Made by a program: the position numbers and the translations under genes. The notes below the pieces were generated by a model. That model was not told the origin of the DNA and searched no databases. It saw only the letters and a program-made list of their open reading frames with translations. From NCBI GenBank assembly GCA_044355515.1, contig JBIKXY010000003.1, positions 1 through 40,359 of the forward strand: a stretch of DNA of 40,359 bases, given 5' to 3'. This DNA comes from Pirellulales bacterium (GTDB taxonomy: Bacteria; Planctomycetota; Planctomycetia; Pirellulales; UBA1268). Position 1 is the first letter of the stretch; each line of letters begins with the position of its first letter. Below, one piece after another: positions 22,337-31,097 of the stretch.

Positions 22337-22680
22337 CCCGCCTCCACGCTCTCCCGCACCCAGGCGGCGTAGCCGGCGGTCGCCTCGACGGGCACGACCG
22401 TCACCTGCGGCGTCTGGTAGGGATGCCCGTCCAGGATGGCCTTCAGGCAGGCGTCGCGCAGCCCGAGCGTGGTCTTGCAGGTGCACCGCCACTCCTCCGC
22501 CGTCTCGATCGCCGACCGCCAGCGGTAGGTGCTTGTCACCGGGCCGTCGATCTGTACGCAGGCGACGAGCCGCACGGCCACGAGCCGCTCGGCGCAAGCG
22601 GCGGCTTCCGCCCGCGCGCTGAACGTGGTGCGGATCTCGACGAGCCCGGCCTCGAGCACGGCGTTGCTGGATGCTGGCAT
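22333..22680 (-). CDS. cutA: CutA divalent-cation tolerance / PII-like protein
   Basis: LVACVQI, STYRW, EEW..CKT, HPYQTPQV, YAAWV. GAGGAG SD upstream. Confidence 0.93.
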   Translation of the reverse strand: MPASSNAVLEAGLVEIRTTFSARAEAAACAERLVAVRLVACVQIDGPVTSTYRWRSAIETAEEWRCTCKTTLGLRDACLKAILDGHPYQTPQVTVVPVEATAGYAAWVRESVEAG

Positions 22681-22702
22681 CGGGACTCCTCAAGAGGTTG
22701 CA

Positions 22703-23815
22703 TCATGCCGCATCGATGAACCCGCTGCCAGCGTGGCCGGCGCCGATCGCCACCACGGGCGGCGTCGCTGGCCGCTCGCCGAGCGACTCCACCCACTCCG
22801 CCCCGTCGCCCCTGCGGCAGCAGAGCGAGGGAGGATCGACTCCGGCCCGCTCGGCCACGACCGCCCCGCCGCCGGGGTGGCGGTCTGCGACGGCGCCCAG
22901 CCGCCGGATCGCCTCGGGAACGGCATCGTCGCCGGGAACCCGGCCGAGCCAGGCCGCCAGCACGGCCAAGGCGTCGAACTCGGTCTCGCAGGTCGGGAGT
23001 TCGCGGCTCGCGGCCTGATGCCAGGCGGCGACGGCCCGCCGCCACAACCACCAGACGCGGTCGCCGTCTCGGCCCGCTCCAGCCATGCCGCCAACGATCG
23101 CCGGCCAGCCCGCCGGCCGCGCCACCGACAGCCCGGCCAGCCGCGGTCGCACCTGCGGCCAGAGATCCGCGTCGGCCCGTACCGCCGTCGCGAAGCGGAC
23201 CACGAGGTCGGTCGCCAAGCTCTCGGCGAGCGTTGGCTGCCGACCGCTCGGCCCCATCACGGGAGCCTCACGATGGGCGAGCGGATCGAGATCGTGGCCA
23301 TGCCGCACCTGCTGCCGGCTGTCCGCCCACTGTTCTCCGGTGGCGATCCCGAATCGGGCGGCGAAGGGGGCATGATCGGGAAGCCAGACGTCACGATCGC
23401 CCGCCAGCAGCACGAGCCGGATCTGCGCCGCCTGCTCCGCCCGCTCCGACGGCCGACCTCGCGGCGTGGGGGCCGGCACCGGCATCCCCTGGCCCGCCCA
23501 GCGGGCCAGCGTGCGGAGCACCGGGCGGGCAGCGCGAAGCGATTTGAGCGCGACGCGGCCCCTGGCCGCTTCCCCCCGGGCACCGCCGTGCCAGGGACGA
23601 TCCCGGCCTGACCAGGTGTCGGAGAGGAGCCAGTCGAAGGTGTCGCCGGCGAACAGGAGCGCGACCTCCTCGACGGGTCGATAGCGGCCGTCCCGGGTCC
23701 AGCCGGCCCGCACGACCGCCCGGCGGATCGCATCCAGCCAGCGAATTGCCGCCGACGCCCGCGCATCCGCGAGCGAGCCGTCGCCGATCCCCCAGTTGGC
23801 CGTGATCGCGAGCAT
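22703..23815 (-). CDS. Calcineurin-like metallophosphoesterase-fold protein with degenerate metal ligands
   Basis: The order MLAITANWG / LFAGDTFD / LLAGDRD / VRHGHDLDP parallels SDxH / GDxxD / GNHD / HGH. Confidence 0.6.
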   Translation of the reverse strand: MLAITANWGIGDGSLADARASAAIRWLDAIRRAVVRAGWTRDGRYRPVEEVALLFAGDTFDWLLSDTWSGRDRPWHGGARGEAARGRVALKSLRAARPVLRTLARWAGQGMPVPAPTPRGRPSERAEQAAQIRLVLLAGDRDVWLPDHAPFAARFGIATGEQWADSRQQVRHGHDLDPLAHREAPVMGPSGRQPTLAESLATDLVVRFATAVRADADLWPQVRPRLAGLSVARPAGWPAIVGGMAGAGRDGDRVWWLWRRAVAAWHQAASRELPTCETEFDALAVLAAWLGRVPGDDAVPEAIRRLGAVADRHPGGGAVVAERAGVDPPSLCCRRGDGAEWVESLGERPATPPVVAIGAGHAGSGFIDAA

Positions 23816-23912
23816 GGTCGCCTCGCCCCCCGCTCGGTGTTTTCGGCGGCCGGGACGGCCCGGCTTGCGACCGGCTGGGGAAAACGCCGTGCAGGCTTTG
23901 GGCAAACGCCGG

Positions 23913-24818
23913 TCAGGCGGGTCCGGCCAGACTCGCCCGGGCGGCCCGGGTGATGGCCACCACGGCCGGGTGGGCCAGCCGCTTCTCCATGGAGATGGCG
24001 TAGACCCGCTCCCGGAGCCGTTCCTCCCGGCCCACCACCTCGACCCCGTACATCCGCCGCACCTCCTCCTCGACGGCCGTCGGGGCCAGAAACAGGCCTT
24101 CGCCGCGGCCCCCGAAGGCCTTCAAGAGCCCGCTGTCGGAAAACTCGCCGCGGATCTGCGGCCGGATGCCCAGCTCGTCGAACCACTGATCCATGGCCCG
24201 CCGCAGGGCGGCGTTGCCGGCGGGCACGAGCAGCGGGGCTCCCGCGAGCGAGCCGGGGAAACCTGGCCGATACTTCTCGGCCAAGGCGGCCGTGCCGAAG
24301 ACCGCGATCCCACAGTCGCCGAGCGGATGGTTGAACACCCGCAGTCCCAGCCGGGGATTGGCCGGATAGTCGCTGATCACGAGATCGAGGTCGTGGAGCG
24401 TGAGCTGGGCCAGCAGCCGGTCAGGATCCCCGTCGATGCACGAAACCTGCACGGCCTCGGGAAGATGGAGAGCCGGCTCGAGCAGCCGGTGCACGATCAG
24501 TTTGGGGAGCGTGTCGGCCACGCCAACGGTAAACTTGAGCACACCCCCCGTCACCCGGCCGGCCACGGCTCCCTCGAGTTCCCGACCGAGGGAAAAAATC
24601 TCGTCGGCGTAGCGGTACACGAGCCGGCCGGTCTCCGTGAGCGCGATCGACCGGCCCCGCCGCTCGAGGAGTTTGGCCTTGAGCGACCTCTCCAAGGCCT
24701 TGATCTGCCCGCTCACGGTGGGCTGGGCCAGGTGGAGCCGCTGACAGGCCCCGGCAATGCTGCCCTCCCGGGCAGCCGTCCAGAAATACAGCAAATGGTG
24801 GTAGTTGAGCCAGTTCAC
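23913..24818 (-). CDS. nhaR: LysR-family regulator, NhaR-like
   Basis: NWLNYHHLLYFW, QPTVSGQIKALE, YADEIFSLG, EFSDSGLLKAFG, HPAVVAI. Start GTG 24818 or ATG 24830. The symbol reflects the subfamily, not a proven regulon. Confidence 0.88.
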   Translation of the reverse strand: MNWLNYHHLLYFWTAAREGSIAGACQRLHLAQPTVSGQIKALERSLKAKLLERRGRSIALTETGRLVYRYADEIFSLGRELEGAVAGRVTGGVLKFTVGVADTLPKLIVHRLLEPALHLPEAVQVSCIDGDPDRLLAQLTLHDLDLVISDYPANPRLGLRVFNHPLGDCGIAVFGTAALAEKYRPGFPGSLAGAPLLVPAGNAALRRAMDQWFDELGIRPQIRGEFSDSGLLKAFGGRGEGLFLAPTAVEEEVRRMYGVEVVGREERLRERVYAISMEKRLAHPAVVAITRAARASLAGPA

Positions 24819-24827
24819 GATCCAGCC

Positions 24828-24844
24828 CATCGGTTTTTGCGATG
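24828..24844. promoter_or_regulatory. LysR-type binding site (T-N11-A dyad)
   Basis: CATCG-GTTTTTG-CGATG, with T24830-N11-A24842. Confidence 0.7.
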
Positions 24845-24845
24845 A

Positions 24846-24874
24846 ATTGTATCGAAACATTCTCGTTTGTCGAA
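24846..24874 (-). promoter_or_regulatory. Putative sigma70 promoter of the NhaR-like gene
   Basis: TTCGAC (24874-69), N17, TACAAT (24851-46). Confidence 0.6.
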
Positions 24875-24965
24875 GTCACGCCGGGATCCTTTAGATTCCG
24901 ATAATTCCTCGGATAGCGGTTGCGCGGACCTTGCCGCCTCCGCCACGCCCGCCCGGAACATCCGC

Positions 24966-26633
24966 ATGGTGACCGCGGTCGCCTACCCGCCGCACGACGA
25001 GGCTCCGGCCGCCGGGCACGGACCGCTGCACGCCCACGGCAAGAGCCCGGCCCAGCGGCTGCTCGATCTCGCCCGGTTGGAATGGGGCGACGTATTCACG
25101 CTCCTGGCCTTCGCGCTCGGTGTCGGCCTGTTGTCGCTCGTCGCCCCGGCCGCGATCGAGGCGCTCGTCAACACGGTGGCCTTCGGGATCCTGCTCTGGC
25201 CGGTGCTCGTGCTGTCGCTGGTGATGTTCGCGCTGTTGTTCGTGTCGGCGGTGCTGCGGGCGCTGCAGACCTACGTGGCCGAATGCCTGCAACGGCGCCT
25301 GTTCGTCCGCACGGCCCTCGGCTTCGCCGACCGACTGGCCCGCACCGGAATCGCTTCCTTCGACGGGGCCAACCGGGCCGACATCGTCAATCGCTTCTTC
25401 GAGGTCTCGTCGGGCCAGAAGTCGATCGCCACCCTGCTCGTCGAGGGGGTCGGGATCATCATGATGACCCTCGTGGGCCTGATCGTGCTGGCCTTCTACC
25501 ATCCCTACCTGCTGACCTTCGCGCTGGTGATGGCGGGAGCGGTCGTGTTCCTGCTGGTCGTGCTCGGGATCGGCGGCGTGCGGACGAGCATCGCCGAGAG
25601 CTACGCGAAGTTCGACGTGGCGGCCTGGCTCGAGGAGGTGGCCCGCTGCCCGCACACCTTCCGCAGCGGCGAGGGGGCGATGCTGGCGCTGGAGCGTGCC
25701 GATCAGCTCTCGGACCACTACATCGCGACCCGGAAGCGGCACTTCGCCGTGATCTGGCGGCAGACGCTGTTCGCCCTGCTGCTCGAAGCGGTGGGCTGCA
25801 CCGTGCTCCTGGGCCTCGGGGGCTGGCTCGTGATCAACCGCCAGCTCACGCTCGGCCAGCTCGTGGCCAGCGAGCTGATCGTGACGCTCGTGCTCACCGC
25901 GCTCTCGAAGATCGGCAAGTATGTCGAAATCTTCTACGATCTCCAGGCCACGCTCGACAAGCTGGGTGTGCTCGACCGGCTGCCGCCCGAGCCAACGGAT
26001 GGCGAGACGCTGCCCGCCGACGGCGGCCCGCTGAGCGTGGTGGTCGAGCTGCCCGGGCCCGGAGCGATGCGGCGGCTGGAGCTCGCGGCCGGCGAGCGGG
26101 TGGCGATCGTCGGCCCGACAGGCAAGACGCCGCTGCTCGAGACGCTGGCGCTCCTGCGACTGCCGCGCCCCGGCCTCCTGGAGCTTGACGGGATCGACGC
26201 CCGCCAGCTCGACCGGCCGGCCACACGGCAGCAGATCGCGTTCGTCGGCCGGGCGGAGGTGTTCGCCGGCACGCTGGCCGAAAACGTGCGGCTCGGCCGC
26301 GGGAGCGTCACTGCCGCCGACATCCGCCGGGCGCTCGAAGCGGTCGGGCTTGCCGATCGCATCGCCCGCCTGCCCGACTCGCTCCAGACCGCGATCCCGC
26401 CGGATGGTCGGCCGCTCTCCACCAGCGAGCTCGCCCGGCTGGCGATCGCCCGGGCGATCGTGAGCCGGCCCCGGCTCTTGCTGCTCGATGGGATCCTCGA
26501 CGGTCTCGACCTCGACTCCTGCCCCGGGCTGCTCGACACGCTCTTCGATCCGGCTGCCCCCTGGACGCTCGTGCTGGTCAGCGTGCGGGACGAGATCCGC
26601 AGCCGCTGCGGGAGGGTGGTGGCATGGTCGTGA
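24966..26633 (+). CDS. T1SS-type ABC exporter (TMD+NBD) with degenerate ATPase motifs
   Basis: Six-TM exporter domain (GGWLVINRQLTLGQLVASE) followed by an NBD fold (ENVRLG, ARAIVSRPRLLLLD). No C39 domain. Start trimmed to ATG 24966. Confidence 0.85.
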   Translation: MVTAVAYPPHDEAPAAGHGPLHAHGKSPAQRLLDLARLEWGDVFTLLAFALGVGLLSLVAPAAIEALVNTVAFGILLWPVLVLSLVMFALLFVSAVLRALQTYVAECLQRRLFVRTALGFADRLARTGIASFDGANRADIVNRFFEVSSGQKSIATLLVEGVGIIMMTLVGLIVLAFYHPYLLTFALVMAGAVVFLLVVLGIGGVRTSIAESYAKFDVAAWLEEVARCPHTFRSGEGAMLALERADQLSDHYIATRKRHFAVIWRQTLFALLLEAVGCTVLLGLGGWLVINRQLTLGQLVASELIVTLVLTALSKIGKYVEIFYDLQATLDKLGVLDRLPPEPTDGETLPADGGPLSVVVELPGPGAMRRLELAAGERVAIVGPTGKTPLLETLALLRLPRPGLLELDGIDARQLDRPATRQQIAFVGRAEVFAGTLAENVRLGRGSVTAADIRRALEAVGLADRIARLPDSLQTAIPPDGRPLSTSELARLAIARAIVSRPRLLLLDGILDGLDLDSCPGLLDTLFDPAAPWTLVLVSVRDEIRSRCGRVVAWS

Positions 26634-28018
26634 CCCGCCAGCCGCCGCTGCCGGAGCGGGACGCGGTGAATCGCGTCTCGCTGGCACACTCGCTCACGCC
26701 CCGGACCGTCCGCTGGCTGGCCCGGCTCGTGTTCGCCGTCTTCCTCGCGATCCCCTTCGCCCTGGCGCTCGTGCCCTGGCAGCAGACGGTGATGTGCCGG
26801 GGCACGATCGTGGCCTACGCCCCGGTCGAGCGGATGCAGGTGCTCACGGCCCGCGTCTCCGGGCAGGTGCGGACCTGGCACGTCGTCGAGGGCAGCCGCG
26901 TCAAGGCGCATGACCCGCTGGTGGACATCGAAGACAACGACCCGGAGCTCGCGGCGCGGCTCGAGGCGCAGCGGGCCTTTCTCGCCGACCGGCTGGTGGC
27001 GGCCCGGCAGGAGATGGCCGAACTGGCCGCGGCGGCCAAGGCGCAGGAGGCGGCCCGCGACGCGGCGGTGAGGGCGGCGGAGGCCAACCGCGAGGCGGCC
27101 GTCCGGTCGATCCAGGTCGCCGAGCAGTCGAAGGCCAACGCCGCCTTCAACCAGGACTTCGAGCAGCTTCGCTACGAGATGTTCGACGACCTGTTCTCCA
27201 ACCCGAAGTTCGGCGGCCTGGAGAGCAAGCTCTCCCGCGACGAGGCCCGGATGCGGGCCGATCGGGCCGTCACCGACACCGACAAGGCCGATGCCGAGAT
27301 CGCCAAGGCCCAAGCCGCCCTGCTCACGCAGGAAGCCCTGCTCGTCCAGGCCGACGCCACCGGCCTTTCGGCCATCGCCGTCGCCAAGAGCAACCTCCGC
27401 AAGGCCGAGCAGAACCTGTTCTCGATCGAGCGGGAGATCCAGCAGATCGACAACCAGATCGAGCGGTTCAAGGCCCGCCGTGTGGTCGCACCCTGCGACG
27501 GGGTGGTGTTTCGCGTCGCGGCCAACGTGAACCAGGGCGGCCTGTACGTCAAGGAGGGCGACGAGCTGTGCACGATCGTGCCCGACACGGCCGACCGCGT
27601 GGCGGAGTTGTTTCTCGACGGCGTCGATGCGCCGATCGTGCTGGCCTACGCCGACCGCGAACAAGAGATGCCCCACGTGCGGCTGCAGTTCGAGGGCTGG
27701 CCGGCGGTGCAGTTCTCGGGCTGGCCCGAGATGGCGATCGGCACCTTCGGCGGCAAGGTCCGGCAGGTGGACGCGGCCAGCGGGCTGGCGGGCCAGTGCC
27801 GGATCCTGGTCGAGCCCGAGCTGGTGATGCCGGGCGACCAGTGGCCCGACCCGGAGTTTCTCCGGCAGGGCAACCAGGTGATCGGCTGGGTGTTCCTGAA
27901 CCGCGTCTCGCTCGGCTTCGAGATCTGGCGGCGGCTCAACGGCTTCCCGCCGGTGCTCGCGCCGGCCCCGAAGACGAAGGACAGCGCGCCCAAGCCTCCC
28001 AAGATCAAGGTGGGGTGA
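26624..28018 (+). CDS. HlyD-family membrane fusion protein
   Basis: N-terminal TM, lipoyl half-motifs (VVEGSRVKAHDPL; VVAPCDGVV), long coiled coil, VRLQFEGWPAVQFSGWP. Overlaps the ABC stop. Confidence 0.92.
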   Translation: MVVTRQPPLPERDAVNRVSLAHSLTPRTVRWLARLVFAVFLAIPFALALVPWQQTVMCRGTIVAYAPVERMQVLTARVSGQVRTWHVVEGSRVKAHDPLVDIEDNDPELAARLEAQRAFLADRLVAARQEMAELAAAAKAQEAARDAAVRAAEANREAAVRSIQVAEQSKANAAFNQDFEQLRYEMFDDLFSNPKFGGLESKLSRDEARMRADRAVTDTDKADAEIAKAQAALLTQEALLVQADATGLSAIAVAKSNLRKAEQNLFSIEREIQQIDNQIERFKARRVVAPCDGVVFRVAANVNQGGLYVKEGDELCTIVPDTADRVAELFLDGVDAPIVLAYADREQEMPHVRLQFEGWPAVQFSGWPEMAIGTFGGKVRQVDAASGLAGQCRILVEPELVMPGDQWPDPEFLRQGNQVIGWVFLNRVSLGFEIWRRLNGFPPVLAPAPKTKDSAPKPPKIKVG

Positions 28019-28025
28019 GCCGCTC

Positions 28026-29663
28026 ATGACTCCGCTCCGCCTGCCTTCCGCATTCGCGGCGCTGCTCGCCGCCGTGGCGGCCGTGGCCGCCGAACCGCTG
28101 CCGCCGCCTGCCGGGCTTCCCCAGGCCGGCCCGGTGGCGGCCGACGGACCGATCCCGCCGTCGGCGCCCGGCGCCCCCGCCCTCGTGCCCCCGGCCGCCG
28201 CGCGACTACCCGGCAACCTGGCGATCGACGACCGGCCCGAGCCGCTGACGCTCGCCGAAGTGCTCGAGAGTGTCCGCCGCCACTACCCGCTGCTGCAGGC
28301 GATCGAGCGGGAACGGGGCGTCGCCGCCGGCCGGATGACCGCCGCGATGGGCGCCTTCGATACCAATGTCAACATGGCGGGCAACGCGCTCGCGCCGGGC
28401 ACCTACGAAAACTACCGCTCCGACTTCGGGCTCTCCCAACTGCTCCAGAGCGGCGGCGTGCAGGTGTTCGGCGGCTATCGCACGGGCTTCGGCACGTTCC
28501 CCACCTACAACCTCGGCCAGAAGACGGCCGACGTCGGCGAGTTTCGCGGCGGGCTGACGCTGCCCTTCGCCCGCGAACGCGATATCGATTCCGCCCGGGC
28601 CGGCCGTGACAAGGCCCGGCTCGATCAGGCGATCGCCGAGCCGACGATCGTGCGGAGCCGGCTCGACTACACGCGTGCCGCGGCGCTGGCCTACTGGACC
28701 TGGATGGGCAGCGGCGAGCGGGAGGGTGCGGCCAAGCGGCTCGAGGCCCTCGCCGTCCGCCGCGACGGCGAGATCGCCGCCAAGGTGGACCGGGGCGTGA
28801 TGGCCAACATCGAGCGGGTGGACAACCAGAAAAACATCGCCCTGCGGCGGGGCTTGCTCGTGCAGGCCGACCGCGAGGTGCAAATGTCCACGATCGACCT
28901 CTCGCTCTTCCTCCGGGACTCCGGCGGCCAGCCCCTCCTGCCCGCCCGGCGACGGATGCAGCCGCTCCCCGAACCGGTGGAGCCCGGGGTGAGCGTCTAC
29001 GAGGCGGCGCTGTCACGGGCGATCGCGGCTCGGCCGGAGTTTCAGCGGCTGTCGCTCGAGCGGGAGAAGCTGTTCGTCGAGCGGCGGTTGGCGGCCAACG
29101 ACACGCTCCCGAACATCGACGGGCAGGTCTACGGCAACCAGGACGCCGGCTTCGGCAAGAGCGCCCTCTCCGGCATCGACGGGCTCGACCGGCAGGTGCT
29201 GCAGGCGGCGGTCGTGTTTCAGATGCCCGCCCAGCGGCGGAACGCCCGCGGCCGCCTCCAGGCGGTGGATTCGCAGCTCGTGCAGCTCGACCGGCGGCTG
29301 GAGTTCACTTTCGACTCGGTGCGGGCCGAGGTGCAAGACGCCTACTCGAAGCTCGAGCGGGCCTACGAGTTTCACAAGCAGGCCGTCCAGCAGGAGGAGT
29401 TGGCGGCGCTCGTGGCCGAGGCCGAGCGGGAACAGTTCCGGCTCGGCCGCAGCGACATCCTCCGGGTCACGCTCCGCGAGCAGGCCAAGTTCGACGCGGA
29501 TCTCCTGGAAATCGCGGCCCGGCAGGAATACTGGCGGGCCGACGCCAATCTCCGGGCGGCCGACACCTCGCTCGACGTGCTTGGCACCGGCTTGGAGCAG
29601 GCACGACTGCTGGCCCCTGTGCCGGAAGTGGTGCCCCTGCCCGCGGTCGCTCCGGGGCCATGA
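28026..29663 (+). CDS. TolC-family outer-membrane factor
   Basis: Signal peptide, Pro-rich linker, LTLAEVLESVRRHYPLL, two OEP-like helical repeats, EREQFRLGRSDIL. Confidence 0.9.
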   Translation: MTPLRLPSAFAALLAAVAAVAAEPLPPPAGLPQAGPVAADGPIPPSAPGAPALVPPAAARLPGNLAIDDRPEPLTLAEVLESVRRHYPLLQAIERERGVAAGRMTAAMGAFDTNVNMAGNALAPGTYENYRSDFGLSQLLQSGGVQVFGGYRTGFGTFPTYNLGQKTADVGEFRGGLTLPFARERDIDSARAGRDKARLDQAIAEPTIVRSRLDYTRAAALAYWTWMGSGEREGAAKRLEALAVRRDGEIAAKVDRGVMANIERVDNQKNIALRRGLLVQADREVQMSTIDLSLFLRDSGGQPLLPARRRMQPLPEPVEPGVSVYEAALSRAIAARPEFQRLSLEREKLFVERRLAANDTLPNIDGQVYGNQDAGFGKSALSGIDGLDRQVLQAAVVFQMPAQRRNARGRLQAVDSQLVQLDRRLEFTFDSVRAEVQDAYSKLERAYEFHKQAVQQEELAALVAEAEREQFRLGRSDILRVTLREQAKFDADLLEIAARQEYWRADANLRAADTSLDVLGTGLEQARLLAPVPEVVPLPAVAPGP

Positions 29664-29682
29664 CGGCCGCCGGCCGCCGGCC

Positions 29683-31023
29683 TCAGGGCTCGAGGAACGT
29701 GGTCTGGCAGATCCGCTCCAGCGAGCCTTCGAGTTCAGTGCCGGTGACGAGCGCCGACGCCTTGCCGGTGCCGGAACCCGGGAGCCGATACGAGACCTCG
29801 AAGGCCTGCCGGCCGCCGGGAGGAATCGAGGCCACGGAGCCGAAGTTCACCCGCGAGCTTTCGACCCGGACCCGCGACGGGATCGGGTCGCCCACCATCC
29901 GGGCGCCCTCGGGCAGGAGCACCACCACGTCGAGCGGTCCGGTCGGAAGCGTGCCCCCGTTGCTGATGGTGCACACCAGCGTCGTGGCGTCACCGGAGCG
30001 AACGGGATCGTCCAGATCGGCGAGCGTCAGCCGCAAGCCCGCCTCGGACGGCGACCGGACCCGCGGCCGGCTCACGGTGGAGGCGATTCCCACGCAGGAG
30101 TCGTCGGCGAGCAGGGAGCCGCCGGCGAGCCCCGAGAGCACCGCCCGCACGCAGGCCCGCGTGGGGGGCGAGTCACGAAACATGCCCGGCGTCGCTTCGG
30201 CCCGGAGGTTGATCTGCCGTTCCTGGGCACCTTTCGGCTCGATCGCCGGAATCGCCCACGAGACCTTGGCACCGGCGAGCTGATAGCCGTCGGAGGCCTC
30301 GAGCGGGCTGAGCTGCTGATCCCAGGAAAACTCGAGCGTGGCCGGCTGCGACGCGGCGGTTCCGTTGTTCTTGATGATCGCGACGTATTTCACGACGTCG
30401 CCGGCCGACACCTGTGCCGGCCCGGTCAGGTCGAGTTCGACCGCCGGAACACCGGACGCGAGCGGCACCGTCGCGAGCGGGGCCGCGGCGAGCGGCGGCG
30501 ACAGCGGGCTGGGCGGCGGCGCAACGAGCGGCGGCGGCGCGGTGACAGCGGGCGGACCGAACCGCGGCTCCGGCACGTTCACCGTGGACGGCGGCGCGGC
30601 AGGGGGCGGCACGAACGCCGGATTCGGCGCCACCTCGACACAGTGTTGAGCGCCGCCCAAGTTCCGCTGCGACTGGTCGAGGATCGCGACCCGATGGCAC
30701 TGCCTGCCCGGCTCGTCGAGCAGGAAATCGAGCGTCAGCCGCCGGGCAGTCCCCGGCGCGAGGTCGATCGTTCCCTTCTGCTCGATCGGGCTCGCCGAGG
30801 CTTCATGATGGAAGCCGGCGTCGAAGTAGTCGATCACCCGGAGTCTCTGCAGCGGCTGGCCGGAACGGTTGACCAACTCCACCTCGAACGACACCCGATC
30901 CCCCACGCGGCCCACGAGCGGCCCGGTGATCGAAACCAGCACCGGATCCTCAGCCTGGGCGGCGGAGGCAGCCAGCCAGGCCACCAGGAAAACGACAAGC
31001 GGACGCAACGACGGAGACGACAT
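29683..31023 (-). CDS. Secreted DUF11/Ig-like repeat protein (OmcB-like)
   Basis: Signal peptide AQA-ED. Three repeats of the type GP...VGD.V.F/Y.I.(V)N.G with Cys pairs, and a Pro-rich linker. Confidence 0.75.
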   Translation of the reverse strand: MSSPSLRPLVVFLVAWLAASAAQAEDPVLVSITGPLVGRVGDRVSFEVELVNRSGQPLQRLRVIDYFDAGFHHEASASPIEQKGTIDLAPGTARRLTLDFLLDEPGRQCHRVAILDQSQRNLGGAQHCVEVAPNPAFVPPPAAPPSTVNVPEPRFGPPAVTAPPPLVAPPPSPLSPPLAAAPLATVPLASGVPAVELDLTGPAQVSAGDVVKYVAIIKNNGTAASQPATLEFSWDQQLSPLEASDGYQLAGAKVSWAIPAIEPKGAQERQINLRAEATPGMFRDSPPTRACVRAVLSGLAGGSLLADDSCVGIASTVSRPRVRSPSEAGLRLTLADLDDPVRSGDATTLVCTISNGGTLPTGPLDVVVLLPEGARMVGDPIPSRVRVESSRVNFGSVASIPPGGRQAFEVSYRLPGSGTGKASALVTGTELEGSLERICQTTFLEP

Positions 31024-31076
31024 GCAAATGGCTCCCAAGGCTTGCCAGACGGCCTGGAGAGGCTACCACGGAGCCG

Positions 31077-31097
31077 GGCCGGACGTGAACTCCGGCC
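31077..31097 (-). terminator. Possible hairpin directly after the phoU stop
   Basis: GGCCGGA-N7-TCCGGCC, with no U-tract. Confidence 0.3.

Noticed and set aside
24966-29663. Bacteriocin/RiPP cluster (ThiF plus ABC exporter)
   Set aside because: The ThiF gene is more than 22 kb away. There is no precursor peptide, YcaO or C39 peptidase.
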